Below, one piece after another: positions 8,527-18,090 of a stretch of 64,000 bases of DNA. Source of the stretch: Polyangia bacterium (GTDB lineage Bacteria; Myxococcota_A; Polyangia; JAAYKL01); the NCBI GenBank assembly GCA_050287845.1, contig JBNKCR010000018.1, positions 15,268 through 79,267 of the forward strand, written 5' to 3'. Below the pieces are notes generated by a model. The model was not told the origin of the DNA and did no database searches. It saw nothing but the letters and a program-made list of their open reading frames with translations. Within the stretch, counting starts at the first letter, position 1, and every line of letters starts with the position of its first letter. The translations under genes were made by a program, and so were the position numbers.

Positions 8527-11396
8527 CACAGCTTTCGGCATATCTCCTGCTGATGATGCTGGCACAGAGCGCAGCACCTCTCGAAGACAACGACACCGAT
8601 CAGGCTGCCGACGTGCCGGTTCCAATGATGCCGAACATTATGGCCCCGGCGGAGGGGATGGATTCTGAAGTCGCTGAAGATTTGAAGGCCGCGATTGCGA
8701 ATCTGGCCAGAGAAAAGAATGAGCAGGGCAAGAAACTGCTGAAAAGATTCAAGTATCCCGAGGCATTGGCATCGTTTCGGGAAGCCTATGAATTGGATCC
8801 GCAGAACGCCGAAGTGCTGAATAATTTTGGATATGCCCATGCGCTTCTGGGAAATTTTGAAGATGCGCAGAAATACTACGAAGAATCCATTCTGATCGCA
8901 CCGGATCGCTCGGTGGTATACCTGAATTACAGTGATTTACTGGTAGAATTTTTCCCGGAAGATGAAAAGAGTCTGAGCAATGCGGCGGCACTGCTCATTA
9001 AAGCCAGGGAATTGCTCGGCAACAGCCCCCGGGTGATTATTCGCCAGGCCAGGCTGGAAGTTCTTCGCGGTCAGCTGCCCGAGGCGGAGCGATATTATCG
9101 CGAATATCTGGTACAGCGAAAACCGAACGACAAGCTTAAGATTGAGCTGGGCGACTTCTTTCGCGATATGGGAAAAACAGATGAGGCGATACAATGGTAT
9201 GAATCCGTAAAAGATGAACCGACACTGGCCATTGCCGAAGGGCGTCTCTGGGAGATGGAAGTGGCGGCGCAAAGTGTTCGGCTGGGGTGGCAGGGGGACA
9301 AGGTATCGCCGCAGTCGGAACGGTTGGCCGCCAGCGCGCAGAAACTGTTCAACGCCAAAAAATATGTTCAGTCAGAACGGTTGTATCGCCAGGTTCTCAA
9401 GGAATCCCCCATTTATGCCGGGGCCATGGCCGGCTTTGGCGATTTGCTGTACCGGACAGGAAGAGTGCATGATGCGGAGATGTACTGGCTGAGAGCGCTG
9501 GTTATCGACCGGGACAACCCGTCGCTGTACGCAAAACTGGCGCAAATGTATCTGGACCGAAAGAACCGCGACCAGGCGTCATGGGCTGTGGTCTTTTTGT
9601 CCCGCGCACTGGAACTCCGTCCCCAATGGATCGATTTGGAGCTGGATTTGGCGGTGGCGTTGCGGGAAACCGGAGAGCCGCTGGGGGCGCTGTCCCACGT
9701 TAAACGCTATCTGAATCGTGCTGAAGCCGATGATGCCAAACGGCAGGACGCCATGAAATTGAAACGGGCCCTCGAAACCCTGATTCCCGCGGAGGCACTG
9801 ATTGAGAGTGGTCTGGATGAAGCGGTGCAAATCGATGGCGATGAGCTGAGTCCCGCTCTGTCGGAGTCACTGCGCAAGGCAAAAGCTCATCTGAAACGGG
9901 GAAGTCTGAACGGTGCCATGGCGGCGCTGCGAAACCTGGATGAAAAAGATCGCGGGCCGGTGGTGCTGAATCTGGAGGCGCGGATTCTGATGGGGGCAGG
10001 CAAAATCAGGGATGCGCGGGATGTGATGATCGAGTCGCTGCAGAAGGTGGAAAGCCAGCCCATTATTCATGAGCAGTTGGCCCGGGCCTACATCGAACTC
10101 GGCAATCCCCGAAGGGGACGGATTCACCTGCTGCGTGCGGAACAACTGGGATACACGGGTGCCACCTATCTGCTGGCCAAACTGGATGCCGGAGATTTGG
10201 GCGAAGATTTTATATCGATTCTGAAAGATTTGGCCCGACTTCGGCAACTGATGCTGGCGCAAAAGCGGATTCGGTCGTTTTTGCTGAACGATTCGGCCTC
10301 CATTTATCGGGCGGAAGCGCGGGCATTACGGGATAAACTCGCAGATCGTTTTGATGCGTTCAAATCCATGGCGGCATTGACGCTGCTCTCTCTGGCCCTG
10401 GTGCTGTTCATTCTGTTCCTGCGCATCTGGGGAGGTACGGATTTGCGGCGCCTCATTGCAAAGCATCCGGACGCCGGCATTCAGATTCAACGCACGTTGT
10501 CGGCCATTCGACACGAGGTACTCAAGCACAATACCATGATGCTGGTTGGTCTGGTGGATGCCATCGAATCCGGAGAGGATGTGTCGGCACGGGTAGACCA
10601 TTTTCACAAAAAAATGCTGGGCGAAAATGGCACCGGTGGGGTTCAGGCGCGCCTTCAGCACTATATTTCGGAGTTGAAGCAGATTGGAGATGCCCATAAG
10701 AAACGGTTGAACCTGAAGCGGAAAGATGCCGTGACGTCTCCGCTGCTGCGGGGAATGAAACTGATACAGCGAAACCGTTCAAGACTGCTCAGATACGGGC
10801 AACTTTCGAGTGCGTCAAAAACGGCGTTGAAAAAAGATTTGAAAGCCGCCTCTTCATTGCTCAACATTGAAGGATATGAAGCGGTCCGGGATTTGTTGAA
10901 TCAACTCCGAACCCTGGCAGTGAATGAGGCGCTCTTGCGTTCGGTATATGAACAGTGCATCATGGAACCGGCATTTGCGGGTGTGCCATTCGCACCGCTG
11001 CGCATGACACTGGAAATCGCTGAAAACAGCGCAGTCAACGTGGCACTCCCCAGAGCTGCATTTGAAGATATAGTGACCAACCTGATTCGCAACGCCATTC
11101 AATCCTCGCTGATATATGGCGAAGCCTCCTCGAAGGTGGAAATTGCCCTGGCGCTCCAGACCGAAGTGGATATGGTAACGGGTATCGAGCGGGCAGTGCT
11201 CCTGGTGAAGGACAAGTCGCCCCGGGAGTTGACGGCCGAAATGTTGCGCGGGCGGTATATTGAAGAGGGGTTGGGGCTGACAGCGGATCTGGTGACGCGG
11301 TACGATGGGACGCTCGATGTGTTCAGCGGGGATGACCAATGGCAAAAAGCAGTGGCTGTAAAATTACCCGTGGCCACCTATGGCGATGACACGTGA
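8523..11396 (+). CDS. Signal peptide + multi-TPR + transmembrane helix + atypical histidine-kinase-like cytoplasmic domain
   Basis: N-terminal signal; many TPRs (e.g. AYELDPQNAEVLNNFGYAHALLG); TM AALTLLSLALVLFILFL; IRHEVLKHN H-box-like; NLIRNAIQS N-box; EEGLGLT G2-like; ATGA overlap with upstream gene. Confidence 0.8.
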   Translation: MTQLSAYLLLMMLAQSAAPLEDNDTDQAADVPVPMMPNIMAPAEGMDSEVAEDLKAAIANLAREKNEQGKKLLKRFKYPEALASFREAYELDPQNAEVLNNFGYAHALLGNFEDAQKYYEESILIAPDRSVVYLNYSDLLVEFFPEDEKSLSNAAALLIKARELLGNSPRVIIRQARLEVLRGQLPEAERYYREYLVQRKPNDKLKIELGDFFRDMGKTDEAIQWYESVKDEPTLAIAEGRLWEMEVAAQSVRLGWQGDKVSPQSERLAASAQKLFNAKKYVQSERLYRQVLKESPIYAGAMAGFGDLLYRTGRVHDAEMYWLRALVIDRDNPSLYAKLAQMYLDRKNRDQASWAVVFLSRALELRPQWIDLELDLAVALRETGEPLGALSHVKRYLNRAEADDAKRQDAMKLKRALETLIPAEALIESGLDEAVQIDGDELSPALSESLRKAKAHLKRGSLNGAMAALRNLDEKDRGPVVLNLEARILMGAGKIRDARDVMIESLQKVESQPIIHEQLARAYIELGNPRRGRIHLLRAEQLGYTGATYLLAKLDAGDLGEDFISILKDLARLRQLMLAQKRIRSFLLNDSASIYRAEARALRDKLADRFDAFKSMAALTLLSLALVLFILFLRIWGGTDLRRLIAKHPDAGIQIQRTLSAIRHEVLKHNTMMLVGLVDAIESGEDVSARVDHFHKKMLGENGTGGVQARLQHYISELKQIGDAHKKRLNLKRKDAVTSPLLRGMKLIQRNRSRLLRYGQLSSASKTALKKDLKAASSLLNIEGYEAVRDLLNQLRTLAVNEALLRSVYEQCIMEPAFAGVPFAPLRMTLEIAENSAVNVALPRAAFEDIVTNLIRNAIQSSLIYGEASSKVEIALALQTEVDMVTGIERAVLLVKDKSPRELTAEMLRGRYIEEGLGLTADLVTRYDGTLDVFSGDDQWQKAVAVKLPVATYGDDT

Positions 11397-11878
11397 TGGA
11401 GGTGAACACGATGGACACGGTAGTACTGATAATTGAAGATGGGGATGAATACCTCGACAGTCTGAGTCAGTTCGTGCAGGGACCGGAATATCTGCAAGCC
11501 AAAAGTGGCGAACAGGCGGTGGAGATTCTCCAGACGCGAATGGTCGATTTGATTTACCTCGACATGCGGTTTGACCGGATTCCCATGACAGATTTGCTCG
11601 GTGATCATGTGAAGGCCACCCGGGAACATAACGGCGATCCGTTGCGGGCATTTAAATTTTTGCAGAATAATCAGGGACTGTTTATTCTGGAAAAGCTGCG
11701 CAAGGAGAATCTGGTCCATATTCCGGTGATCCTGGCGTATGATTTTTCGAGGCAACAGAAACGGTACGAGCATTTAAAACGGATACATCAGAGCCTTCGC
11801 TGGGTGCCGGATGCCGTCACACCGACCGAAATTCGAAACCTGATGAACGAATGCATTGTCGAACGGGCAGGGCGGTAA
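11393..11878 (+). CDS. Stand-alone atypical response-regulator receiver
   Basis: VLIIEDG, AKSGEQAV, DLIYLDMRFD, IPVIL; overlaps the upstream stop; exact start uncertain (11393, 11396 or 11411). Confidence 0.85.
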   Translation: MMEVNTMDTVVLIIEDGDEYLDSLSQFVQGPEYLQAKSGEQAVEILQTRMVDLIYLDMRFDRIPMTDLLGDHVKATREHNGDPLRAFKFLQNNQGLFILEKLRKENLVHIPVILAYDFSRQQKRYEHLKRIHQSLRWVPDAVTPTEIRNLMNECIVERAGR

Positions 11879-11879
11879 G

Positions 11880-12578
11880 ATGCCGGTACGTGGCGATCGT
11901 CTCGCATGGCCTTATGTCCCCTGTCTGCTGATGTGCATTCTGATTGTTCAGTCTCCATGCATTGCGAAAACCGATACCGAAGGTCCGCCACGGCCCACCA
12001 CCTGCGACACTCTTTCCGGCGCCACCCGGGTCAAACTGCCTCTGGCGCGCATTGTTGCGTTGGATTTGGCCATGTACGCGGGGTTGGTGATTTTGTGGCC
12101 TTACGCGTTTTCGCCAAGTGAAGGCAGTATTGAGCAGTTCAGGGAGAGCTGGACCGAACGGCCATACATGAACTACAGTAAAATCTTTTTTGAGCTGGAT
12201 GACGATCCGTGGGCGATTAACACGGTCCTTCACGGACTGTACGGTTCAGAAGTGTATCTGGCAGGTCGCACCATCGGCCATTCCGGTCTGGTATCTTTTT
12301 TATATGCCATGTTCGCTTCCGTGACCTGGGAGTATCTGGTGGAGGGATGGTTTCATCAGCCGTCGGCCATCGATTTGGCCTGGACCCCCGTGGCCGGTGC
12401 GGTGATTGGCGAGCTGCGCTTTCAGCTACTCCGCATCATCATGATGCACGTGTCTTCCCGGATGCTGCGTAATATCCTCATGACCACCCTTGACCCCATC
12501 GGCCAACTGGAACGCGCCATCATGGGGTGCACCATCCGATGCGGCTACAGCTTGCGGAGATCGTCCAGTTCTTTCTGA
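11880..12578 (+). CDS. DUF3943-like membrane protein
   Basis: DDDPWAINTVLHGLYGS..GR..G..S..WEYLVE..PSAIDL..G.VIGE matches the DUF3943 pattern as recalled; starts 1 nt after the upstream stop. Confidence 0.75.
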   Translation: MPVRGDRLAWPYVPCLLMCILIVQSPCIAKTDTEGPPRPTTCDTLSGATRVKLPLARIVALDLAMYAGLVILWPYAFSPSEGSIEQFRESWTERPYMNYSKIFFELDDDPWAINTVLHGLYGSEVYLAGRTIGHSGLVSFLYAMFASVTWEYLVEGWFHQPSAIDLAWTPVAGAVIGELRFQLLRIIMMHVSSRMLRNILMTTLDPIGQLERAIMGCTIRCGYSLRRSSSSF

Positions 12579-14500
12579 AATCCGCCGCTGAGGATGGGGA
12601 AGCGGCACCAGGTTTTGGGATCGAGGTTTTCGTCATCCAGATGAAAGGAGGGCGCGTATCGCTCGCGTTTCCATTGATTCCGGGCCCACAGGGTGAAAAA
12701 TCGAATAATCCAGTTTTTCAGCACATCGGTGGGGGCATCCAGTTCAATCTGTAGCAGTTGGAAGATTTGAACCGGGCTCTTTCGGTCGCGAATGGCCAGC
12801 TTTTCAATGGACTCCAGTACGGTATAGGGCATCAAATCAGTTTCATCCGTCTGGGAGCGTTCCAGGGGACGGAGCTCCGCAGTGGGATTCTGTGCGGTAA
12901 TAACGCTCAGGAACGGCAGGGGGGGCAATCCACAGACCCCTTTCAGTTCCACCTCGGACAGCCACTGGAGCAGATATGCCTTGTCGATACCGGCAATGGG
13001 GCTCAATCCACCACTGGTATCTCCATCCATGGTTGCATATCCCACTGCTGCTTCGGAGCGGTTACTGGTGGAAACCAGCAGGGCACCCCGGATATTGGCC
13101 AGCATCCACACCCCCGGTGCGCGCACCCGGGCCTGAATGTTCTGAAGCGCAAGGTCATCCTGTTCCCAGGAGAGCGGTCGGTTCAGGGCATGGCATAGCA
13201 TATCGGTGTACGACGATACTAGACCATCCACATCCCATTGCATGAACCGCGCGCCGATGGACTGGGCCACCGTCCGTGCCGCAGCGAGGGTAATTTCTGA
13301 GCTGTTGCGGGTCCCCTGGTACACACAGGAGAGCAGCTCGTTGACTATCGCCGACGCAGTATCCGCTGCCCCGGTCAGAAACGATGCCCTGGCGCGAATT
13401 CCTTCAGGGCCAATCTCTTTGAGTGCCAACTCCACCATGATTCTTACGAGGACGGCCACTGCCCCGGAATCTGCCCCGCCGCTTAAGGACAGGACAAACC
13501 CTTTTGAATGGCTTTTGGTCATGTAATCCCACAGACCAAGACTGACCGCGCGAGCGAACTCATCGGACTTTACGGACGCCATCTCCCGGATGGGCTTCTG
13601 GGGCAACGGTGTACGTGGCGCTTCAAAATGGGGCGCATCACACACCACCTCCGGGGTTCGCTCACCGGACGAGCCGGACGATCGTTGGGTTTTCTGCATG
13701 CGAGTGAATTCAATATCAACATCGTGGACCAGCAGGTCAACGTCCCGGAATGTGAAACGCGGCCCGCTGGCCACCATTTTGCCGGCGGACGCGATGAGTG
13801 CACCGCCATCATACACGATTCGGCCAGCTTCGTTACCCACCATGTTGGTGTAGATATATGTGGCGGCGAAGGCCCTGGACCCTTCACGAACAAAGGACTG
13901 ACGGGTTTCGTACTTGCCGAAACTGAAATGACTGGCACTGGGATTGAGGATAATATCCACACCGCGTCTGGCCAGCCGGATACCGGGACGTTCGGCGACC
14001 CAGGCGTCTTCGCAGATTTCGAACCCGATGCGAACATTATTGATATTAAAGAACAAATCGCCAAAAGGAACCGGATTTCCATCTATGCGCAGCTCACCCC
14101 GCCGTCCGGCCTTCCATGGTTTGAACCAGCGTGGTTCATAGTGAATGCCATCGCCGGCCAGAAATTGCTTGGCCACTATCCCGCGAATCTGCCCGGTACT
14201 GATTAGTGCGGCAGCGTTATACAGCGCGCTTTCAAAGAATATCGGAAGCCCCACTGCCACAGTGATATCGGTGCAGTCCGCAGTACACGCCAACAGGGTG
14301 GAGAGTGCGGTGTCCTGCACGAAGGGTGAGAGAAAGGCATCTTCGCAGCCATATCCGGTGATAGCCATTTCAGGCAGGCACAGGAGGGAGACCCGTTGTT
14401 CTTTTGCCAGCTGAATTGCCTTGCGGATGTTGTTGAGGTTCCGGCCCCAGTGGAGCGGTGTCTGGTTCAGGGTTGCGGCAGCGACGCGTAATGCCTTCAT
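12545..14500 (-). CDS. nadE: Glutamine-dependent NAD+ synthetase
   Basis: Nitrilase domain (PE, K, EICED) plus synthetase domain (SGGADS, QNIQAR, GYATMDGD, PTAEL, QTDE, NQWKR). Confidence 0.96.
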   Translation of the reverse strand: MKALRVAAATLNQTPLHWGRNLNNIRKAIQLAKEQRVSLLCLPEMAITGYGCEDAFLSPFVQDTALSTLLACTADCTDITVAVGLPIFFESALYNAAALISTGQIRGIVAKQFLAGDGIHYEPRWFKPWKAGRRGELRIDGNPVPFGDLFFNINNVRIGFEICEDAWVAERPGIRLARRGVDIILNPSASHFSFGKYETRQSFVREGSRAFAATYIYTNMVGNEAGRIVYDGGALIASAGKMVASGPRFTFRDVDLLVHDVDIEFTRMQKTQRSSGSSGERTPEVVCDAPHFEAPRTPLPQKPIREMASVKSDEFARAVSLGLWDYMTKSHSKGFVLSLSGGADSGAVAVLVRIMVELALKEIGPEGIRARASFLTGAADTASAIVNELLSCVYQGTRNSSEITLAAARTVAQSIGARFMQWDVDGLVSSYTDMLCHALNRPLSWEQDDLALQNIQARVRAPGVWMLANIRGALLVSTSNRSEAAVGYATMDGDTSGGLSPIAGIDKAYLLQWLSEVELKGVCGLPPLPFLSVITAQNPTAELRPLERSQTDETDLMPYTVLESIEKLAIRDRKSPVQIFQLLQIELDAPTDVLKNWIIRFFTLWARNQWKRERYAPSFHLDDENLDPKTWCRFPILSGGFQKELDDLRKL

Positions 14501-14600
14501 ATCTCACCCAAGTGCGCCGGAATATATTCCGGTCTGCTGATTTCATGGTTTTTCCAGACATGATTTGCATTATTATGAAACGGTGTAAAGGAAGAAAAGA

Positions 14601-15536
14601 ATGCAGGCTACCGGTTTCAATTTCAATTCGCTGTTCCTCATCAACGTGCTTTTGGGGGCCATTTCCCTGGTGGCGTTCGGCTGCGGAGACAGGGCTGCAA
14701 CTGAATTGAATCCCGCTAGTGATTTCGACAACAACGGAACAGTCGCCGTATCGTCTGCGATGGTTCCCGCTGCGGAGAGCGACCTCAGAAGAGGGGGACA
14801 GAATTCCGGGCGCGCCGTTGTGGAAATTTCAGATTCAAACCCCCTGTATCCGCTGACAGAAAGCCCCGAGCGACTGAAAGTCCCCGGTTTCAACCATGCC
14901 GTGTTTGTCTCTCCATCGGCGCAATCCAACACTGCCAGACCGGTAGTGATCGTGCTGCATGGCAATTTCGACCGACCGGAGTGGCAATGCGATATGTGGC
15001 AGTCGGTTGCATCCTGGTATGGCTGGATCCTGTGTCCGCGAGGCGTGAGAACCCCGTGGGCAACAGAGGCGGAAGATCGGTGGACGTATCGAGGTGGTGC
15101 GAAAACAGTAAGTAGCGAAATGATGGCAGCGCTGGCGGCTCTGGAATCCAGATTCCCCGGGGCAGTGACCCGGGAAGGCGCGGTTCTGGTTGGATTTTCC
15201 CTCGGGGCCATATTGATCCCGGAACTGATTCAATTGCATCCGGACTGGTTTGATACGGTATTTTTAATAGAAGGTGGACTGAAACAACTTGATAGACACT
15301 TGCTGAGTATGAAACAAAGAGGAGTTGAACGGATTGGTCTGGCAATGAGCACTGCTGGCAACAGGCAAAAAACATCAGGAATTCAAGTGAAAATTAAGCG
15401 AAAAGGCCTTGTTTCCGTCTATGTTGATATGCGCGGCGCCGGTCACAATTATCGGCAGGATTTCCGTTCAACCGGCCAAAAGGCGTTGCGATATTTACTC
15501 GGGGACACTAACGATCTGACAGTGAGCAACAGATGA
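14601..15536 (+). CDS. Exported alpha/beta hydrolase (probable lipoprotein)
   Basis: Lipobox-like VAFGC; VIVLHG; nucleophile elbow GFSLG; C-terminal GAGH. Confidence 0.75.
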   Translation: MQATGFNFNSLFLINVLLGAISLVAFGCGDRAATELNPASDFDNNGTVAVSSAMVPAAESDLRRGGQNSGRAVVEISDSNPLYPLTESPERLKVPGFNHAVFVSPSAQSNTARPVVIVLHGNFDRPEWQCDMWQSVASWYGWILCPRGVRTPWATEAEDRWTYRGGAKTVSSEMMAALAALESRFPGAVTREGAVLVGFSLGAILIPELIQLHPDWFDTVFLIEGGLKQLDRHLLSMKQRGVERIGLAMSTAGNRQKTSGIQVKIKRKGLVSVYVDMRGAGHNYRQDFRSTGQKALRYLLGDTNDLTVSNR

Positions 15537-16360
15537 ACTCAAAATCGGTTTTCCATCCGTTCCGGCTAATTTCCTGTGCGATACTCATACTGTGCGCAGC
15601 AGGATGCGCAAAACACTCGGATTCCTCGGATTCGGGGGCACGCTTTCATTTGAAGATTCAGGACTGGAACGACGACAGCGGTCAATTTTCGGCGTCTGAT
15701 CTGGCTGTCCGGTTGGCGCCGATAATTCAGAAATTACCTGGACTGACAACCAAAGACACGCCCATGCTGTTTGTTCGCGGCAATATACATACCGATGAGA
15801 CGGGAAGCGTGATGGTGCTCGAGGGGCGGTATCTCTTCAGAGTTTCCAATGCGTCTGCACATTTACCCGTGAAAGTGGTTGTCATGGGCAGTATCGAAGG
15901 AACTACCGTAGCCCGACGGGAAAGTCTGGTGAAAGGTGTTCTTAAAGATCTGAAACAGGCGATCAGCGCGAATATCCGCATCTGCAATGGTTCAAAAAAA
16001 ACGTGGATTGCCGCATTGAAGTCGCCGGAACCGGATGAGCAGATTCTTGCGCTTTCCATTCTCAGAGATCAGAAAGTTGCCGCCGCTGCCCCCGGTGTGA
16101 TTGGCTTATTGGATGACCCCAGAACGGAAGTCGGACAGGCAGCTGCCGAAACCGCTGCCGTACTGGCCAGCCCCGAGCACGTGAGTCGCATCATTCGCAT
16201 CGCGCAGAACGGTGGTCTTGAAGTGGAGGCAAGGTGTATTCAGGTGCTTTCCAGCATTGGCGGTCCGGATGCCATTGCGTGGCTTGAAATGCTTGCGCTT
16301 GGTCATCAGAATTCCCAACTGAGGGAGCTCAGCTTTAATGCATTAAAAAGATTGAAATAA
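15533..16360 (+). CDS. HEAT-repeat lipoprotein
   Basis: Lipobox AAGC; C-terminal HEAT/PBS-like repeats (LLDDPRTEV..AA, LSSIGGPDA). Confidence 0.7.
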   Translation: MNSKSVFHPFRLISCAILILCAAGCAKHSDSSDSGARFHLKIQDWNDDSGQFSASDLAVRLAPIIQKLPGLTTKDTPMLFVRGNIHTDETGSVMVLEGRYLFRVSNASAHLPVKVVVMGSIEGTTVARRESLVKGVLKDLKQAISANIRICNGSKKTWIAALKSPEPDEQILALSILRDQKVAAAAPGVIGLLDDPRTEVGQAAAETAAVLASPEHVSRIIRIAQNGGLEVEARCIQVLSSIGGPDAIAWLEMLALGHQNSQLRELSFNALKRLK

Positions 16361-16484
16361 TCGATACGCCATTTTATAAACGATGACCCGTTGGCCACAA
16401 GGGAATGGATGCAGTAAAAGGTAGCATTGGTACTGCTTTTACCAACGGGAAGAATAGAAAATAGAATATTATTGGAGTACATGG

Positions 16485-17519
16485 ATGCAACGGGTCGCTT
16501 TGGATTGGAAGAATTTGGGATTTACTTATCGGAAGACCGATTACAACATACGGTATACATGGAAAGATGGCGTCTGGGGTGAGGGCGTACTCAGTTCTGA
16601 TGAGTATATTCCAATGCACATGGCAGCGACTTGTCTTCACTATGGTCAGGAAGCCTTCGAAGGTCTGAAGGTTTACGAACAGCAGAACGGAGATGTAGTT
16701 GTCTTTCGCGATGTGGAAAACGCACTGCGCCTCAATCGTTCCTGTAAAAAAATCTTCATGCCGGAAGTTCCCGAAAAAATGTTTCAGGATGCCATCGATA
16801 GAGTTGTTCACGCCAACCGTCATTTTGTACCTCCGTTTGGCACCGGAGCAACCCTGTATGTGCGTCCGCTAATCATTGGTACCGGCGCGCGAATCGGCGT
16901 ACGCCCTGCCGATGAGTACATGTTTATCGTGATGGTGACACCGGTGGGTCCATATTTCAAAGAAGGGTTCAAGCCGGTCACACTGGTTGTGGAAGAAGAG
17001 TTTGACCGAGCTGCGCCCAATGGGGTTGGGGACGTGAAAGTGGGCGGAAATTACGCTGCTGGACTGCGCGCAAGCTTTAAAGCCAAAATGGCAGGATATA
17101 CCGAAGCCCTCTATCTCGACGCCCGGGAAAAGAAGTATCTGGATGAATCCGGTCCTGCGAATTTCTTCGGTGTAACGCGGAATGGTCAATATGTAACACC
17201 GGCCAGCAACTCGGTATTGCCATCGATTACCAACATGTCACTGATTCAGATTGCAGAAGATATGGGAATGCGACCCCAGCGACGCTCCATTGCCGTGGAT
17301 GAGATATTTGATTTTGTGGATGCCGGATGTTGCGGTACTGCGGCAGTGATTACGCCGGTCAAATCGATTACCTGGCGGGATAGAAAAGTGGAATACTGTC
17401 TGGACGACAAGCCCGGAGACTATTGCACCCGGTTATACAACCGGCTCGTCAACATTCAGTTGGGTCTGGAAGCCGACAAGTATGGCTGGATTCGAAAATT
17501 GCCTCTGTTCGAGGGATAA
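16485..17519 (+). CDS. ilvE: Branched-chain amino acid aminotransferase
   Basis: LHYGQEAFEGLK, YVRP, PLP lysine in KVGGNYA, LPSIT, GTAAVITP. Confidence 0.96.
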   Translation: MQRVALDWKNLGFTYRKTDYNIRYTWKDGVWGEGVLSSDEYIPMHMAATCLHYGQEAFEGLKVYEQQNGDVVVFRDVENALRLNRSCKKIFMPEVPEKMFQDAIDRVVHANRHFVPPFGTGATLYVRPLIIGTGARIGVRPADEYMFIVMVTPVGPYFKEGFKPVTLVVEEEFDRAAPNGVGDVKVGGNYAAGLRASFKAKMAGYTEALYLDAREKKYLDESGPANFFGVTRNGQYVTPASNSVLPSITNMSLIQIAEDMGMRPQRRSIAVDEIFDFVDAGCCGTAAVITPVKSITWRDRKVEYCLDDKPGDYCTRLYNRLVNIQLGLEADKYGWIRKLPLFEG

Positions 17520-17622
17520 GCCCAGGCACTGTTCTGTTGGCGAAGAGGCGAGCTCACGGAGACCCTTTGAACGAGTGGGATAACGGGGCTTGTATAACAA
17601 CTGAGAATTGCCGAGTTGTGAC

Positions 17623-18024
17623 TTATTTCTTTGCGGGCATTTTCAGAATTTCAACTTCAACTCTGACAATTCCCTGACGAATCATATCCAGACGGTTGGC
17701 GGCTGCCCGTGACAAATCAATGATTCGTTTTCGATCGCCGAACGGCCCGCGATCATTGATTTTTACAATGACTGTTTTCATATTCGCCAGATTGGTGACC
17801 TTGACCTTTGTACCAAATGGCAATGACTTGTGAGCGGCCGTCAATTTGTTCCGGTCATATACCTCACCGCTGGCGGTCTTTCGGCCATGCAATTTGTCGG
17901 AGTAGTAAGACGCAATTCCAGTGAGACGGCTCCCCGGATGCATCCTGCCGGCACAGGCGGGAACGGTGAAGAATTGCAATGCGACTACCACATAGAGCAG
18001 CGTTCTGGTGCACGCCGGAGTCAT
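17623..18024 (-). CDS. rlpA: RlpA-family lytic transglycosylase (DPBB domain only, no SPOR)
   Basis: [39 protein letters not shown]. Confidence 0.92.
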   Translation of the reverse strand: MTPACTRTLLYVVVALQFFTVPACAGRMHPGSRLTGIASYYSDKLHGRKTASGEVYDRNKLTAAHKSLPFGTKVKVTNLANMKTVIVKINDRGPFGDRKRIIDLSRAAANRLDMIRQGIVRVEVEILKMPAKK

Positions 18025-18090
18025 GTTTCACTTATATCACAACACCGGATGTCTGAAACGATAAAGGAAGCGAAAAAGCAATCCGGGATT

